From positions 1-64,000 of the forward strand of contig JAQGDQ010000574.1 in assembly GCA_030141605.1 (NCBI GenBank): 64,000 nucleotides of DNA, written 5' to 3'. Positions 12,984 to 24,930 of the stretch are shown in pieces; within the stretch, counting starts at the first letter, position 1, and every line of letters starts with the position of its first letter. Source of the stretch: Tubiluchus corallicola. Its lineage: Eukaryota; Animalia; Priapulida. The translations under genes and the position numbers were made by a program. Below the pieces are notes generated by a model. That model ran no database searches, had not been told where the DNA came from, and worked only from the letters and a program-made list of their open reading frames with translations.

Positions 12984-15900
12984 GGCTAGCCCTATTGTTC
13001 GCTGTTGTGCGAAAATACGTAACGCATAATTAACAACGATCGTGGCTAGTCGACTTCAGAACAGGCTAACTCTATTGTACCAAGTATTAACTTATTAGCT
13101 TCAAGCTGCGTTAGGCAACCAAAATTTTCATTAAGGTATATTTTCGCCATAAGACCAAGTATTTATAACAGATCTCAAACAGGCCATTTGTTACAAATGA
13201 CTGAGTTTCCCAATGCAATTATAGTGCTGAAAACGACCAGACTTAATTACTAACGTGAAAATATTCTGCGTTATTGTCTACTGCACACCTGTCTCACAAT
13301 CGGACCATAATCCAACATCTTGGCAGTTTTCTCAGCTGCCGCAAAGGCCACCTAGTGGTGAACGAACGCCGGTTTTGTTATTAATTAACTGGTTAGGGGC
13401 TGTTTTCAACCCACGTGCTGTCATGTAACTCGGCATAAGTTAGCACGTATTCTGTGCTCTAATACTAAGCACACGGAAACTTACTTCAGATATTTCTTAT
13501 ACAGGTGTGTAGTTAGTCGAGTCCTGAATCTGATCTCCAATTCTCTAAGTCCGTATTTCAACATGTTGTTCACGACTGAAATCACAGGCATCGCTTTGAT
13601 GAAGCGGAACAAGTGTTGCTTGAACAGTTCCTTGTTTCGACTAATGATGGCGCTGAAACAGAGAAAATTTTGCATTACTGATTTTGATCACGATGATGTA
13701 GTATTTAACATTAATTAGTATTTATTATAACTATTATTTATTACTTTTATAAATAATATTAGAATTATAATATTAATTACATTTATAATTATAATTAATA
13801 TTATAATTTTATTAAAATAAGTAATTACACTTCTTACAAGTTACCTCTCAATTTCTGTACCATTTGATATCATCCATACATCAAAGTATGTTCTAGCAAC
13901 CAATGATACAGCCACTAACAGCATGTAACCAACTTCAGGTGTTAACCATCCCGGAATCAAGATCTTGAGAATAGCAATAAGGCGTCTGCAATAATACGGT
14001 TAAGATTAGAGTTGAGAACTGTTAGGCTTTTTAACTAACTGTTTAACCATTATTAAAGAGGTCGGTTAACCGTTTAACCATTCCCGATGACGTCATACAT
14101 ATAAGAAAATATCGAATACACACGACTCGCATGAGTAAGCAGTGTGGTTCAAATCTAGCATGTACCAGCAACGAGTAAGCGGTGCGGTTCAAATCTAGCA
14201 TGCACCAGCAACGAGTAAGCGGTGTGGTTCAAATCTAACGTGCGCCAGCGATGAGTAACCAGTGTGGTTAAAATGTAGCGTGCGCCAGCGACGAGTAAGC
14301 GGTGCGGTTCAAATCTAGCATGTACCAGCAACGAGTAAGCGGTGCGGTTCAAATCTAGCGTGCGCCAGCGACGAGTAAGCAGTGTGGTTCAAATCTAGCA
14401 TGTGCCAGCGAGAATGCCCAGCATAGCAGGCATCCTCGTAGCATACGCGAGTGAAAAACTTTTTGCAATTTACCATTTAGATGCTTCTTAGGCAACCAGA
14501 TTAATTGAAACAACATTGTGAATAGTACAATTTTATGTAAGCAGGATTTTGCTAACTGCGTACGCCAACTCAGAAAAGATACAAGGTTTCATTCATACGG
14601 ATACGTAGAAAATTTGGCTAAGTAACGGGTTAAACGGGTTAGTGATTCTCTAAACGGTTACACAAGTCAGCAGTCGGCTAAATGTTTAAACTGTTCAATA
14701 TCTCAGCCTTAGTTAAGATGACGCAGGATGCCCACACTGTATCTCGACACTAGGCGGAGGAGCAGCACAAGCAGCCAACGGCTAGAGGGCGGAGGAGGTC
14801 AAGTGACCCAACGGCCATGTGTAGAGGAGTACACCTTCCAAATCAGGAGTGGAGTCCCTAAGCTCTGAAGGCGGACCAGTGCAACATGCTCACTGACTCC
14901 GGCAGCTGATGCAGCCAACCTGGTGCCAAACGTATAGCTCCGCTTTCCTTTGGACTACACCAGGGAGGAAGAGAGGGGTTCCTGTTGTTTGGGCAACTCA
15001 GGATCTCCATACCTAGTCCAGGTATGTGCCCTGGAGAGGCCACTCCAGTGTCAGAAACAACACGGGAGGCAGCAGTTACGGCTGTCTAACTGCTATTCAA
15101 GGATCGGTCTGCTCAGCCACAGTCGACGCTGCAGCTCCATCAATGTGATCAATAACTGACTCTCTTGGCGCACCTTCCATTGTCTTCCGAGGCAGAAGGA
15201 TGCCAACAACAACAAGTTAAGATGAACTAACTGTGCAGTAAGATAACCAAACTAATCTTCTCAATTCGTGTTTGTGACAATTAATATAGTAACAAAGTGA
15301 CTATTTTGCAGAAATTACTCACCGAAAAAAGATGCCATCTACTGCTGCTTTTTCAGGTTTTTGAGACTTTTTCTGGGACTGCAAACAAGTGCAAACGTAA
15401 GTTATTACCACAAGAACTTACTATAAAGGCAAACTGTGATCAACAACTACCATACTTATCTGGATTTCATGGCTCAATTGGACCATCGCGCTGTACTAGC
15501 TAAGATCTTATTAGACTGTTCAGCCATAATGTTGAAGCATTTAGTTTTGGCATAATATGTTGTACTTGTAGTTTGGCATTATGGCAAAACGGTCAGCTCA
15601 GGTCTTAAGCCTGAATAATTTGGCATTATGGCAAAACAGCCAGCTCAGGTTTAAGCCCGAATAATTTGGTATTGTGGCAAAACAGCCAGCTCAGGTCTTA
15701 AGCCCAAATAATTTGGCATTGTGGCAAAACAGCCAGCTCAGGTCTTAAGCCCGAATAATTTGGTATTGTGGCAAAACAGCCGGCTGAGGTCTTAAGCCCA
15801 AATAATTTGGCATTGTGGCAAAACAGTCAGGTCAGGTCTTAAGCCCGAATAATTTGGCATTGTGGCAAAACAGCCAGCTCGGGTTCTTAAGACCGCATAA

Positions 15901-16952
15901 TTTGGCATTGTGGCAAAACAGTCAGCTCAGGTCTTAAGCCTGAATCATGATAATTGCTGATTACAGATTTTCTTTCCGTACAAAGTTTGCGTATCATACA
16001 AATACTCCATCTTCATTCAATTTCGCTCAAATAAGATAGCAAACTAAACAGATGCAGCTATTGAAAATACATAGAACCACCACAAACTTAGAGCACATTA
16101 AAAAGTTAAATGTTAACTGGTCAAACAGTAAATATTTCAAAAAATTAGATTATTCATTTACCTAAACAACTTATTTATTTTCCTAAACAAACACTATTTA
16201 CCTGTGTGAATACTTTTTCCACTTCAGTGGCTGCAGTCGGTACACTGAAATAATTTATATTGTTATGATTAGCGATTTTATTACCATAAACAGTACCAAA
16301 TTATTTGATCATGATCACGGCCAGCCCTAAAAACTAATTGAGATCACCATACCCAGTACTAAAAATTTTTATCATCGCCCTCCAGCACAGCCAGTCCTGA
16401 TAATTGGTCGTGATCGCAATAAAAAATTTCCTAAAGTAATGCTAATATAATGTCATGTTTATCCACCAATCAATTCATTCAAGATCACAAATAACACTGC
16501 CCCAACACACTAGTTGTTTCGTCCCTGATTTGCGATGCTATCTAACTGCAAATTGGGTAAATGCATCGTAATATCAGTTGCCCAAATTTATATTTACTTG
16601 CAAACATCTACGATGTTGCCGCTAACAAATATTCATAATAATGGGTGGCTGATTTAACAACTATGTGCCTTTCTTATCATCTTTCTCTTGAAGTTATACA
16701 TGCTGTTATATAACAAAAATGATAATTATGATAAGGAAAGATAAATTTGAACACTCCGAGTCTCTAGAACTAGAAGAGCCTACTTTGAAAAAAATAAATT
16801 GAATAATAACTAATCTCAGTGAATATAAATAATCTACTGTACCGAATTAGCACCGCTTTCTTTCTTTGTCGAATTAACCAGAGAGCTAATGCTACTCCTC
16901 CAACACCTAAAAGTGAATTTTTGTTCACAAGCTTGCTCCAGGCAGGCGACAT
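1588..16952 (-). CDS. ABCD3: Peroxisomal ABC half-transporter ABCD3/PMP70 (partial; 3' exons lie beyond the window)
   Basis: GT-AG exons in phase: 16843-16952, 16202-16244, 15323-15378, 13845-13985, 13485-13652, 11607-11787, 10240-10382, 8660-8729, 7781-7850, 5637-5826, 4484-4578, 2582-2715, 1588-1731 (515 codons). Motifs [31 protein letters not shown]-like [24 protein letters not shown], Walker [18 protein letters not shown]. Confidence 0.95.
2479..2520 (-). pseudogene. 5S rRNA-derived fragment (internal control region); 5S pseudogene or SINE3-type head
   Basis: Minus strand AGTTAAGCAGCACCTCACCTGGTTACCGCTTGGATGGGAGAC resembles 5S box A (AGCTAAGCAG) through box C (TTGGATGGGAGAC); flanks do not match 5S. 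Confidence 0.6.
3899..4163 (+). mobile_element. tRNA-derived SINE, full length
   Basis: A box TAGTCTAGTGG, B box GTTCGAACC, body GTCATACCAAAGACTTTAAAAATGGTACCTGC, AATAAA plus (ATT)n tail; near-identical copy at 21436-21702. Confidence 0.88.
4651..5205. mobile_element. hAT-like non-autonomous element (CAGGGGTG... family), rearranged copy
   Basis: Starts CAGGGGTGTGCAAACTGCGGCCCG, ends CACCCCTG; 5' part matches 61325-61799 and 20456-20871. Confidence 0.6.
5882..6465. mobile_element. Tc1/pogo-like MITE (CAGTAAGTCCTCG family), degenerate copy
   Basis: Ends TTAAGCGGGGACTTACTG|TA; internal similarity to 33582-34289 and 56520-57187. Confidence 0.65.
6564..7068. mobile_element. hAT-like MITE (CAGGGATGAG family)
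   Basis: TIRs CAGGGATGAG...CTCATCCCTG; near-identical to 8873-9365. Confidence 0.8.
8873..9365. mobile_element. hAT-like MITE (CAGGGATGAG family) with 8-bp TSD
   Basis: TIRs CAGGGATGAGAAT/ATTCTCATCCCTG; flanks GGATACTC/GGACACTC (7 of 8 match); partial copy at about 11190-11545 and a diverged inverted copy near 53000-53400. Confidence 0.85.
10570..11190. repeat. 153-bp tandem repeat (about 3 copies), related in reverse to the 98-bp array at 57993-59340
   Basis: CAACAAACTGTGTGAGTGACA at 10708, 10861, 11014 and 11167; contains CACTGTGCTGGGCTGTGAAGCAAACAGTACTACCCTCACATGCT. Confidence 0.85.
12743..12983. repeat. (TAA)n microsatellite
   Basis: About 240 bp of near-pure TAA. Confidence 0.97.
14008..14711. 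mobile_element. Non-autonomous DNA element (TAGGGCTG...CAGCCCTA family) with an internal 40-bp tandem expansion at about 14130-14410
   Basis: Homologous (inverted) to 46459-46888 and about 33030-33470; unit ACGAGTAAGCGGTGCGGTTCAAATCTAGCATGTACCAGCA with period 40. Confidence 0.7.
14722..15214 (+). mobile_element. Non-autonomous, internally deleted RTE-clade non-LTR retroelement
   Basis: 11-bp TSD AGTTAAGATGA at 14711-14721 and 15215-15225; (CAA)n tail; GC-richer than flanks; encodes [15 protein letters not shown], which resembles the C-terminal motif of RTE ORFs. Confidence 0.8.
15570..15945. repeat. 47-bp minisatellite, about 8 copies
   Basis: ATAATTTGG at 15661 and 15708; unit ATAATTTGGCATTGTGGCAAAACAGCCAGCTCAGGTCTTAAGCCCGA. 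Confidence 0.92.
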
Positions 16953-17758
16953 GATGGTTTTTCGTCTACACTCAATACCCTGTTGCCGGGCCGCACAAAA
17001 AATTGTTAAGGTTTATATAAGATAAAAACTGCTCGGTAAAAATTTAAAATGCACGCTGATATTTTTCTAAAGTTTTTCTTATAACATTTTTAGCCATATT
17101 GAATAATTTTTTAAATAAATTGTTCCCCAACGTCATGGTGCAGGCTGATGCTGTGAACTTGTGAATCACTTAGCAACGGCGTCCATATCAACTAATATTT
17201 ATCTGCACCAAACTTGCGTATTTTCTTGAGTTTTTACTTTTACCTGGTGTTATGACCTGCAGTGGATTGAATATTGATATATTGTGTAACAAGTCCATCA
17301 AAGAATAAATACGGTAGGCTTTTGTAAACGTTGGGAACAGTTTTGAAGCCGTATAACAGACTCATGATTACGAAAATTTTGTGTGTCGACGCCAGGACTT
17401 TAGTAACTTGTAGTTGTACTGAGTTGTAGTTTTGATACAGAGGCAACTTCAAATTGGTGTTGGTAAACTACTAGTGTTTAGTATTTGCAGGGCATTTGCT
17501 AAACTATGGCAATTGCTATCTTTATAGTCATTTTGAAGGCAGATTTCTTTTATTTTAAAATTAGCTAGCTTTTATTTTCAAAGTGATTTGACTTGCATCA
17601 CGTTCCTTAGTAGCTGTGCTACAAGAAAAAGCAAACCATGTGCTGTGGTGTATAGATATATTCAGCAACACTGAATTGTATGTTTACCTTGCACTAAAAT
17701 TGCCTAGTTTAGCAATAAATAATCTTGAGAAAATCTTGAATATTTTTTCTATTAATAG
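16953..17758. promoter_or_regulatory. Divergent (head-to-head) promoter region of ABCD3 and EFHC2, with a candidate RFX X-box at 17165-17177
   Basis: Start codons about 860 bp apart on opposite strands; ATCACTTAGCAAC carries a strong TAGCAAC half-site. Confidence 0.55.
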
Positions 17759-17812
17759 GTGCTGAGATTAGATGATAAGCACCTAGGATTACACAGCACC
17801 AATACTACAGCA

Positions 17813-20800
17813 ATGTCTTTCCACACTCTAGGAACAAACCACGCAAAATTGCTGGCCCAGGGCAATTTTCATAGATCTCAACGCTTCGATGTCCAAAATA
17901 ATGTTCCTGCCGAATTTAACTTACGCTTGTCAAAATTCAAGGACACGGTATCGCCCGGCACGGCAAAAAACAGAAGAATGGCTTCGGATATAGTTAAGGA
18001 AACCACTAAACAGCCAACGTGGGTAATGTATGATGGACAGTGTTTGTGTTTCACGGCTTATTATCAAGAGCCGGTCCACGAGAGTCAAAATGAACAGTAT
18101 CGCGTTCACTACTGCACGATATTCTATCACTTGGAAGATGACACTATACATGTTACAGAGGCGCGGGTTAAAAACAGTGGAATACCACAGGGGGTGCTAA
18201 TTCGACGGCACAAAATTGCCATGCCTCCTCCGAATGATAATCAAAACTACACCGTGGATGATTTTAACATAGGAAATGAGATACAGTTTTACGGACGCGT
18301 GTACAAAATTGTCGACTGTGATACTTTTACTTATAATTTCCTAACAAACATTGGAGTGACCGTCAATGAACCGCTAGAAATTCCCGCTGATCCTTATTCA
18401 AAGAACAGGAAGGCAGTCGAAGACAGCATGAATCCTCTACGACCGTACGAGAGAGTGGACACAAAGAAGCAGTTCTTGGATCACGATCGACACGTATTGC
18501 GTTTTAAATGCTACTGGGACGATTCCGACTCGATGTTCGGTGACACTAGGGGAATGATCCTCCATTATTTCCTAGCCGATGATACGATTGAAATCAACGA
18601 AGTCATTACCGCAAACTCTGGGAGGGATGCCGTGCCAAAATTTCTACGAAGAGCTAAACTTCCGAGACGAGTCGAACCTCTACAACAACCTGGCGCCGCC
18701 ACCGATCGCACGTTACTGAACGTTTTCGGTGCCACCAAAGGACAAGGCGGACGATTCATACTTGACAGCTTAAAAACCGGAGCTGTTCAACCGGATTATT
18801 ACACGGATGCGGATTTACAGATTGGAAGGACGATAAACGTCTGGGGTAGAACGCTGCTCTTATGTGACTGTGACGAGTTTACCAAACAATACTATCGCAC
18901 AAAATACGGCATAAAGGATTTTACCCCTATAGAAATAAAGCCACCTCCCTCTGACCGCCCTCCAAAACAAGTGCCTCCTTACACTGGCTTCGGAAGCGAA
19001 GAGGACTCGTTGTGCTCTTGTCAAGGTCTGATGCCGAAACCTCCGTGTAAAGATTTTAAAAAATTCATGGAAAAGGATCGATTGGGCATAGAGAGCAACA
19101 TTCTTAGGTTTACCGCCAAATTCCGATACGGGAAAGCTCCAGACGACAGAAGATTGTTCATTATTTCTTATTTTCTGTCTGATGACAGTATTTATGTGTA
19201 TGAACCCATTCAGAACAACTCTGGTATCGCAGGAGGCGTATTTCTAGCCAGAGGAAAAATGAAGAAGCCAGATGGAAATGATGGACCCATATCGGAGAGC
19301 TACGTGGCTTCGGACTTGTACGTTGGTGCCATGGTGAACTTTCACAGCCACAGGTTTGTCATCACAAATGCAGACGAATATACTTTCAGATACATGGAGA
19401 AGAACAAGAGAGAATTTCCGCAAGCAGACGTTGATATAGTTATTAGCAAGTTACAGCAACATGCGAAAGAAATGGAAAATGCGAGACAGACAGCCTGGAA
19501 TCAATTCTCGAGGAACGATCTCGGACGTAACGGTTACATCGACTACGACTGGTTCTTCGTGAGTGTGACGGAGACGTTTCCTGTTCTGACGCCTCACGAA
19601 ATCATGACTCTAGCCAGGTTCTATGGTGAGAAGGAAGACAGGGGGACGTTAGACCTCAACACGCTGCTGTCGTTAGCTCACTATCAGATGAGGAAAAGAG
19701 ATTTCAGTGATTTCTCAACGCTAAAGCAAAACTTACAAGACCGAGATGTTTACAAGTCTGGTTATTTGCCTGAGAGTGAAATATTGAAGGTTTGCAAAGG
19801 TTGTAAGATGCCTGCTCTGGATCTTCTGAAAGAAATTATGACAAAATTGGATCATAGTAACCAGGATATGGTGAATTATAGCATATTTGTGGATAAGTTG
19901 AACTACAGGTATAATCCACTTCCTCAGATGGCTACTTTGGATATTCAGGTAAGTTAGTGGCCATGAATCATATCTTTGAATTATTATCCCTATTGGAAAA
20001 TCCGTTTATGAGATAGCTAAATAGATATTATAAACAAATTTGCGGAATTCTGTGAAAACTGTTTACCTCAGTATTATACTGAAAATAATACAGTAAGCCT
20101 TTTCACAGTTGCTGTAGGTCAAAGGTTAAGTTTAATGCGTCTTAACTACAACTGTCACGTGACATGTGGGTAAAACAAAGCTGTCCGTCGCATGACCTCA
20201 GTAACTTCAGTTGTTTTACGTGAACTTTACTTAATTATGAATTAGTCTGTGCGTTGAATGATTTACTAGCAGCATCTTGCTGGGGAACAAGAAAAAATGA
20301 ACTAGGTAATGTTCTAGCTAGCTGTTGAAACTGCTACTATTACAATAGCATGGGCTGCGAGGCATTGTCAAGTGTACACAAATGTGCTGGTCTGGTACAC
20401 TTACTTAACCTTTGACCTTCTTCATCAATTGCTGAAACTGTGAAAAGGTTTACAACAGGAGTATGCAAATTATCTGACTAGCCCGGCCACATTAAACGTT
20501 CCCGCATTTCTTGTGGTCCACATGCAGTTTGGTCAAGGAGCCAAGTACAGTAGGACCTAATAACGATTTTTTTTGCATCTGATTTGTGCACATCATTACT
20601 ACTGCACTACTCCACTCAAGAAACTATTTTAGAAGTTATTAAAATTTATATTAAAAACCAAATGTTTCGTCATGTCCAACAGTGACATTAAGTGACAACG
20701 GTCTTGTAAGGGTTAATGCCATCCGATCTAGAGGAAAAAACTACCTGCACTAAATTTGCGCTATTTGTGCAGACTTCAGCTGGATCGCGTGGGCCGCACT

Positions 20801-21869
20801 TTCATTATGTTGACAAACCTCTTCGCGGGCCGCACAAGATCTCTCGGCGGGCCGCAGTTTGCACACCCCTGGTTTGTAAAACAGAAATTGGAGAGAAACT
20901 GAGTTTTTTCTAGTAGTTGTCATGGTAAGCAGAAAACTTTTAATATAATGGTAGCTCAAATTTCAAGCTTCGCAATGTGTCATTCTATCTTGTCATTATT
21001 AAATTAAATAACAAAGGACCAACTGTTCAGCACCATGAACAACAAAGGACCAACTGTTCAGCGCCATGAAAAACAAAGGACCAACTGTTCAGCACCATGA
21101 AAAACAAAGGACCAACTGTTCAGCACCAGTTTGACCAGAAGCAAAGCTAAACATCTGTTCTTGTAAAGTGTTAAAGAGTTACACTAAACAGGCTTAAAAC
21201 ATCCCAGCTATTACCTAAGCTACCCTGTCACAACTTTTGTCATTTTTAAGATTAAAATGGCACTCATGTAGCATGCGGATGTGTTTTGGAGGTTGTGGAA
21301 TAGATAAAATCAGTTTATATTGTTTTCAATAAACACATTCATGCAGCTTGCATATGCGTTATTCTTTTTCTACAGCAATTTCCTATTGAGCTTTCTCTGC
21401 AGGTGGAAAACACATCTGCATTTCCTGCTTTAACCAGACGGTTTAGTCTAGTGGTAACGCGTCCGCTTTCCGTCTGGGAGGTCGTGAGTTCGAACCAGCG
21501 GCCGGGTCATACCAAAGACTTTAAAAATGGTACCTGCTGTTGCCCTGCCTGACGCGTGGTATTTAGGGTAAAAGTGGGGTAATAATAGTCTCTGTTATGT
21601 AGTTGTAGGTTGTTATTTACAGTTGGCGATAATAGCTCTTTGAGCTAATGTTAATTGTTGACCTAAAAGCTGACTTTAAATAAAGATTATTATTATTATT
21701 ATTGCATCCGGATGCCACATAAACGCCACTTAAGACAGATTTGCTTAACACTTTGAAGAATTTACACTTGAATTTTTAACAGGTTGATAAAGACTGGGCA
21801 GGAAAATCTACCAGTGGTGTCTCTCGTGTCAACTACGCTGTACTATTAGAACATATACTTGGAAATTAA
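17813..21869 (+). CDS. EFHC2: EF-hand domain-containing protein EFHC2 (DM10-domain ciliary microtubule inner protein, Rib72 family), about 740 aa
   Basis: Coding exons 17813-19948 (acceptor AATAG at 17758, donor CAG|GTAAGT) and 21783-21869 (VDKDWAGK...HILGN*). Three DM10-like domains (CLCFTAYYQE...NSGIPQG, VLRFKCYWDD...NSGRDA, ILRFTAK...NSGIAGG) and a C-terminal EF-hand-like region. Start codon inferred from the N-terminal FHRSQ motif. Confidence 0.9.
20094..20453. mobile_element. MITE with TIR TAAGCCTTTTCACAGTT
   Basis: Ends AACTGTGAAAAGGTTTA; related copies at about 8108-8478, 11815-12200, 31490-31580 and 61830-62068. Confidence 0.7.
20456..20871. mobile_element. hAT-like MITE (CAGGGGTGTGCAAA family)
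   Basis: Inverted homologue of 61325-61799; flanks GTTTACAA/GTTTGTAA. Confidence 0.75.
21010..21128. repeat. 31-bp tandem repeat, about 4 copies
   Basis: ACAAAGGACCAACTGTTCAGCACCATGAA at 21011, 21042 and onwards. Confidence 0.85.
21436..21702 (+). mobile_element. tRNA-derived SINE, full length
   Basis: Same A/B boxes, body and (ATT)n tail as 3899-4163. Confidence 0.88.
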
Positions 21870-21929
21870 TGATACGAAACTTGTAAGCTGCAGTGCTTAA
21901 AATTCCATGCATGCTATTATAACTACACA

Positions 21930-22105
21930 ACTGTGTACTGTTTATTGTACTGAAAATTAAATCACGTTTAGCTGTACTGTCATTAAAGCGTTAATACTAC
22001 TGTGTACTGTTTATTGAACTAAAAATTAAATCACGTTTAGCTGTACTGTCATTAAAGCGTTAATACTACTGTGTACTGTTTATTGAACTAAAAATTAAAT
22101 CACGC
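21930..22105 (+). repeat. 69-bp tandem duplication in the presumed EFHC2 3' UTR
   Basis: ATCACGTTTAGCTGTACTG at 21961 and 22030; each unit contains ATTAAA. Confidence 0.8.
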
Positions 22106-22456
22106 TTTAAATAATTAAATATTGTAATCAAGTTAATTTTGCTTAAAATTAAAAATGAGGTTGTTTTATATTTTTCAAAGGAAGATTATGTATAAATCTA
22201 TTTATTTATGATTAGTTAAAATGTAACAATATGTTTTATGTAGTTTTTATGTAATTATTCTAATTTGTGTTATTTGTTAGAGTGGTAATTTTGATATAAA
22301 CAATGTGCTGTTTTGGTTTAGTATTGATAATTTTGCGAGTTATATATTTATTAGGTTATTTATAGCATTTCAATTGGAGTGAAGTTTTCCTGTTTAGTCA
22401 TAGTTAGTAAGAAGAACTGGAATTTTCGCCAATTTTTTGAAATTTTGCAGCTCATA

Positions 22457-23022
22457 CAGTCAACATCGGGTATAAGGTACTCGCTTATAAGGGACATTAA
22501 CTTGTAAGGGACCACCAACACCGGTCCCGATTTTTCGCAACATTTTTCCTATGTAAAAATCTTCGTGTATAAGGTACTCGGATATAAGGGACATTCGCTT
22601 ATAAAGGACCACCAACACCGGTCCTGATTTTTCGTAACGTTTTTCGTATGTAAAAATCTTCGTATATAAGGTAGTCGTATATAATGTACTTTCGGTTATA
22701 AGGGACGATATGTTTAGGTCCCGCGTAATAGAAACCCAGGTAAATTACCTCGCATATAAGGGACCTTATGAACAAAGCGAAATTGATGGAACTTCGACCT
22801 CAATTTTTCGCAAACTCCGTTTCCACGGTCACATGCATCTCGCATCACTGAAGGAGCTTCCTACATACCGTTTGCACTGAACGTGTAGCAATAACCCATA
22901 TTTATATGGGTAAAAGTACATGTCTAGATACACCCTCAGTCTATCTTCGGCTATAAGGGACATCAGATATAAGGGATGATTTTTCCCGGTCCGGAGGTGT
23001 CCGTTATATCCGAGGTTGACTG
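22457..23022. mobile_element. Tc1/pogo-like MITE with TA TSD
   Basis: TA|CAGTCAACATCGGGTATAA...TTATATCCGAGGTTGACTG|TA; internal TATAAGG subterminal repeats. Confidence 0.85.
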
Positions 23023-23669
23023 TAGTTACATTTACTGTTCAAAAATGCTCAAAACGGAAACACTTGAAACACACAAAACTGTCGGGACCAGAGTGAATGA
23101 AAAATAAACTCAGTTCTTGACATTCAAAACTGACTTATCAAAATAAATAAATCTTAAATACTTCAACTGAGGTCTGTTCACCATTCTAATTATAAGAAAG
23201 AGATAGTAGGAACACATTTCAGAATTGGCTTTTTAAATGATTGTACCAGCATAAATAGCACAGTACAATCTTCACTGTTAGTCGGGTTTCAAACCGGGGC
23301 TAGTTACTACGTTTGTACGATTATAACTATTTGAGCTACATTGTATAACCTTAACAAACTATAACCATAAATAAAACATAAGTAAACTACTCGACAGTCT
23401 CAGCTGCTAATAAATCACAAACAACAACAACAACAAGGAGAAAAACAAGAGAATAACAATCCAGTAAATGTTGCAATATGTACAAGTCGACAGAAAGTAT
23501 ATATATATACAGTTGAAGAAAGTACAAAATGCCGTGTACAAAGTGAGCACTTATGTATAGTATGTACAACAAATATAACAAGTCAAATATAATTTTAGAA
23601 TGAGGCACAAAGTTTTGGAAATGCATCTTTCTTAGTTTTTCAACGAAATGTGAACAGTGTGACAGATTC

Positions 23670-24930
23670 CTTATCAAGTGTGAACAGGGCTACAGTGTAG
23701 TAGTTCCTTATCAAATGTGAACAGAGTTATAGTGCATTAGATCACTTAACAAGTGTAAACAGGGTTACAGTGTAAAAAGTCTCTTAGTGAACGAGGTTAC
23801 AGTGTAGTAAGTAGCTAGTCAAGTATGAACAAGTTACAGTGTAGTAGGTCACATGTCAAGTGTGAACAAGTTACAGTGTAGTAGGTCACATGTCAAGTGT
23901 GAACAGGTTACAGTGTAGTAGGTCACATGTCAAGTGTGAACAGGTTACATTGTAGTAGGTAACTTGTCAAGTATGAACACGTTACAGTGTAGAATGTAGC
24001 TAATCAAGTGTGAACAGGTTACAGTGTAGAATGTAGCTAATCAAGTGTGAACAGGTTACAGTGTAGAAGGTAGCTAATCAAGTGTGAACAGGTTACAGTG
24101 TAGGAAGTCACCATCAAGTGGAAACAGGGTTACAGCATAGTTGGTCACTTATCAGTGTGAACAGGGTTACAGCATAGTTGGTCACTTATCAGTGTGAACA
24201 GGGTTACAGCATAGTTGGTCACTTATCAGTGTGAACAGGGTTACAGCATAGTAGGTCACTTATCAATGTGAACAGAGTTACAGTGTAATAGATCACTTAT
24301 CAAGTGTGAACAGGGTTACAGTGTAGTCAATCACTTATCAAGTGTGAACAGGACTACAGTGTAGTAGATCACTTATCAAGTGTGAACAGGACTACAGTGT
24401 AGATCAGTTATCAAGTGTGAACAGGGTTTGTGTAGTAGATCACTTGTCAAGTGTGAACAGGGTTTGTGTAGTGGATCACTTGTCAAGTGTGAACAGGGTT
24501 TGTGTAGTAGATCACTTATCAAGTGTGAACAGGGTTACAGTGTAGTAGATCAGTTATCAAGTGTGAACAGGGTTACAGTGTAGTAGATCAGTTATCAAGT
24601 GTGAACAGGGTTACAGTGTAGTAGATCAGTTATCAAGTGTGAACAGGGTTACAGTGTAGTAGATCACTTATCAAGTGTGAACAGGGTTACAGTGTAGTAG
24701 ATCACTTGTCAAGTGTGAACAGGACTACAGTGTAGATCAGTTATCAAGTGTGAACAGGGTTTGTGTAGTAGATCACTTGTCAAGTGTGAACAGGGTTTGT
24801 GTAGTGGATCACTTGTCAAGTGTGAACAGGGTTTGTGTAGTAGATCACTTATCAAGTGTGAACAGGGATACAGTGTAGTAGGTCACTTATCAAGTGTGAA
24901 TAGATACAGCGTAATAGATCACTTATCAAA
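23670..24930. repeat. About 38-bp minisatellite (35-38 bp variants)
   Basis: Unit ATCACTTATCAAGTGTGAACAGGGTTACAGTGTAGTAG; period 38 at 24541/24579. Confidence 0.93.

Noticed and set aside
12655-12989. Poly-Leu and poly-Ile ORFs
   Set aside because: Translations of the (TAA)n microsatellite
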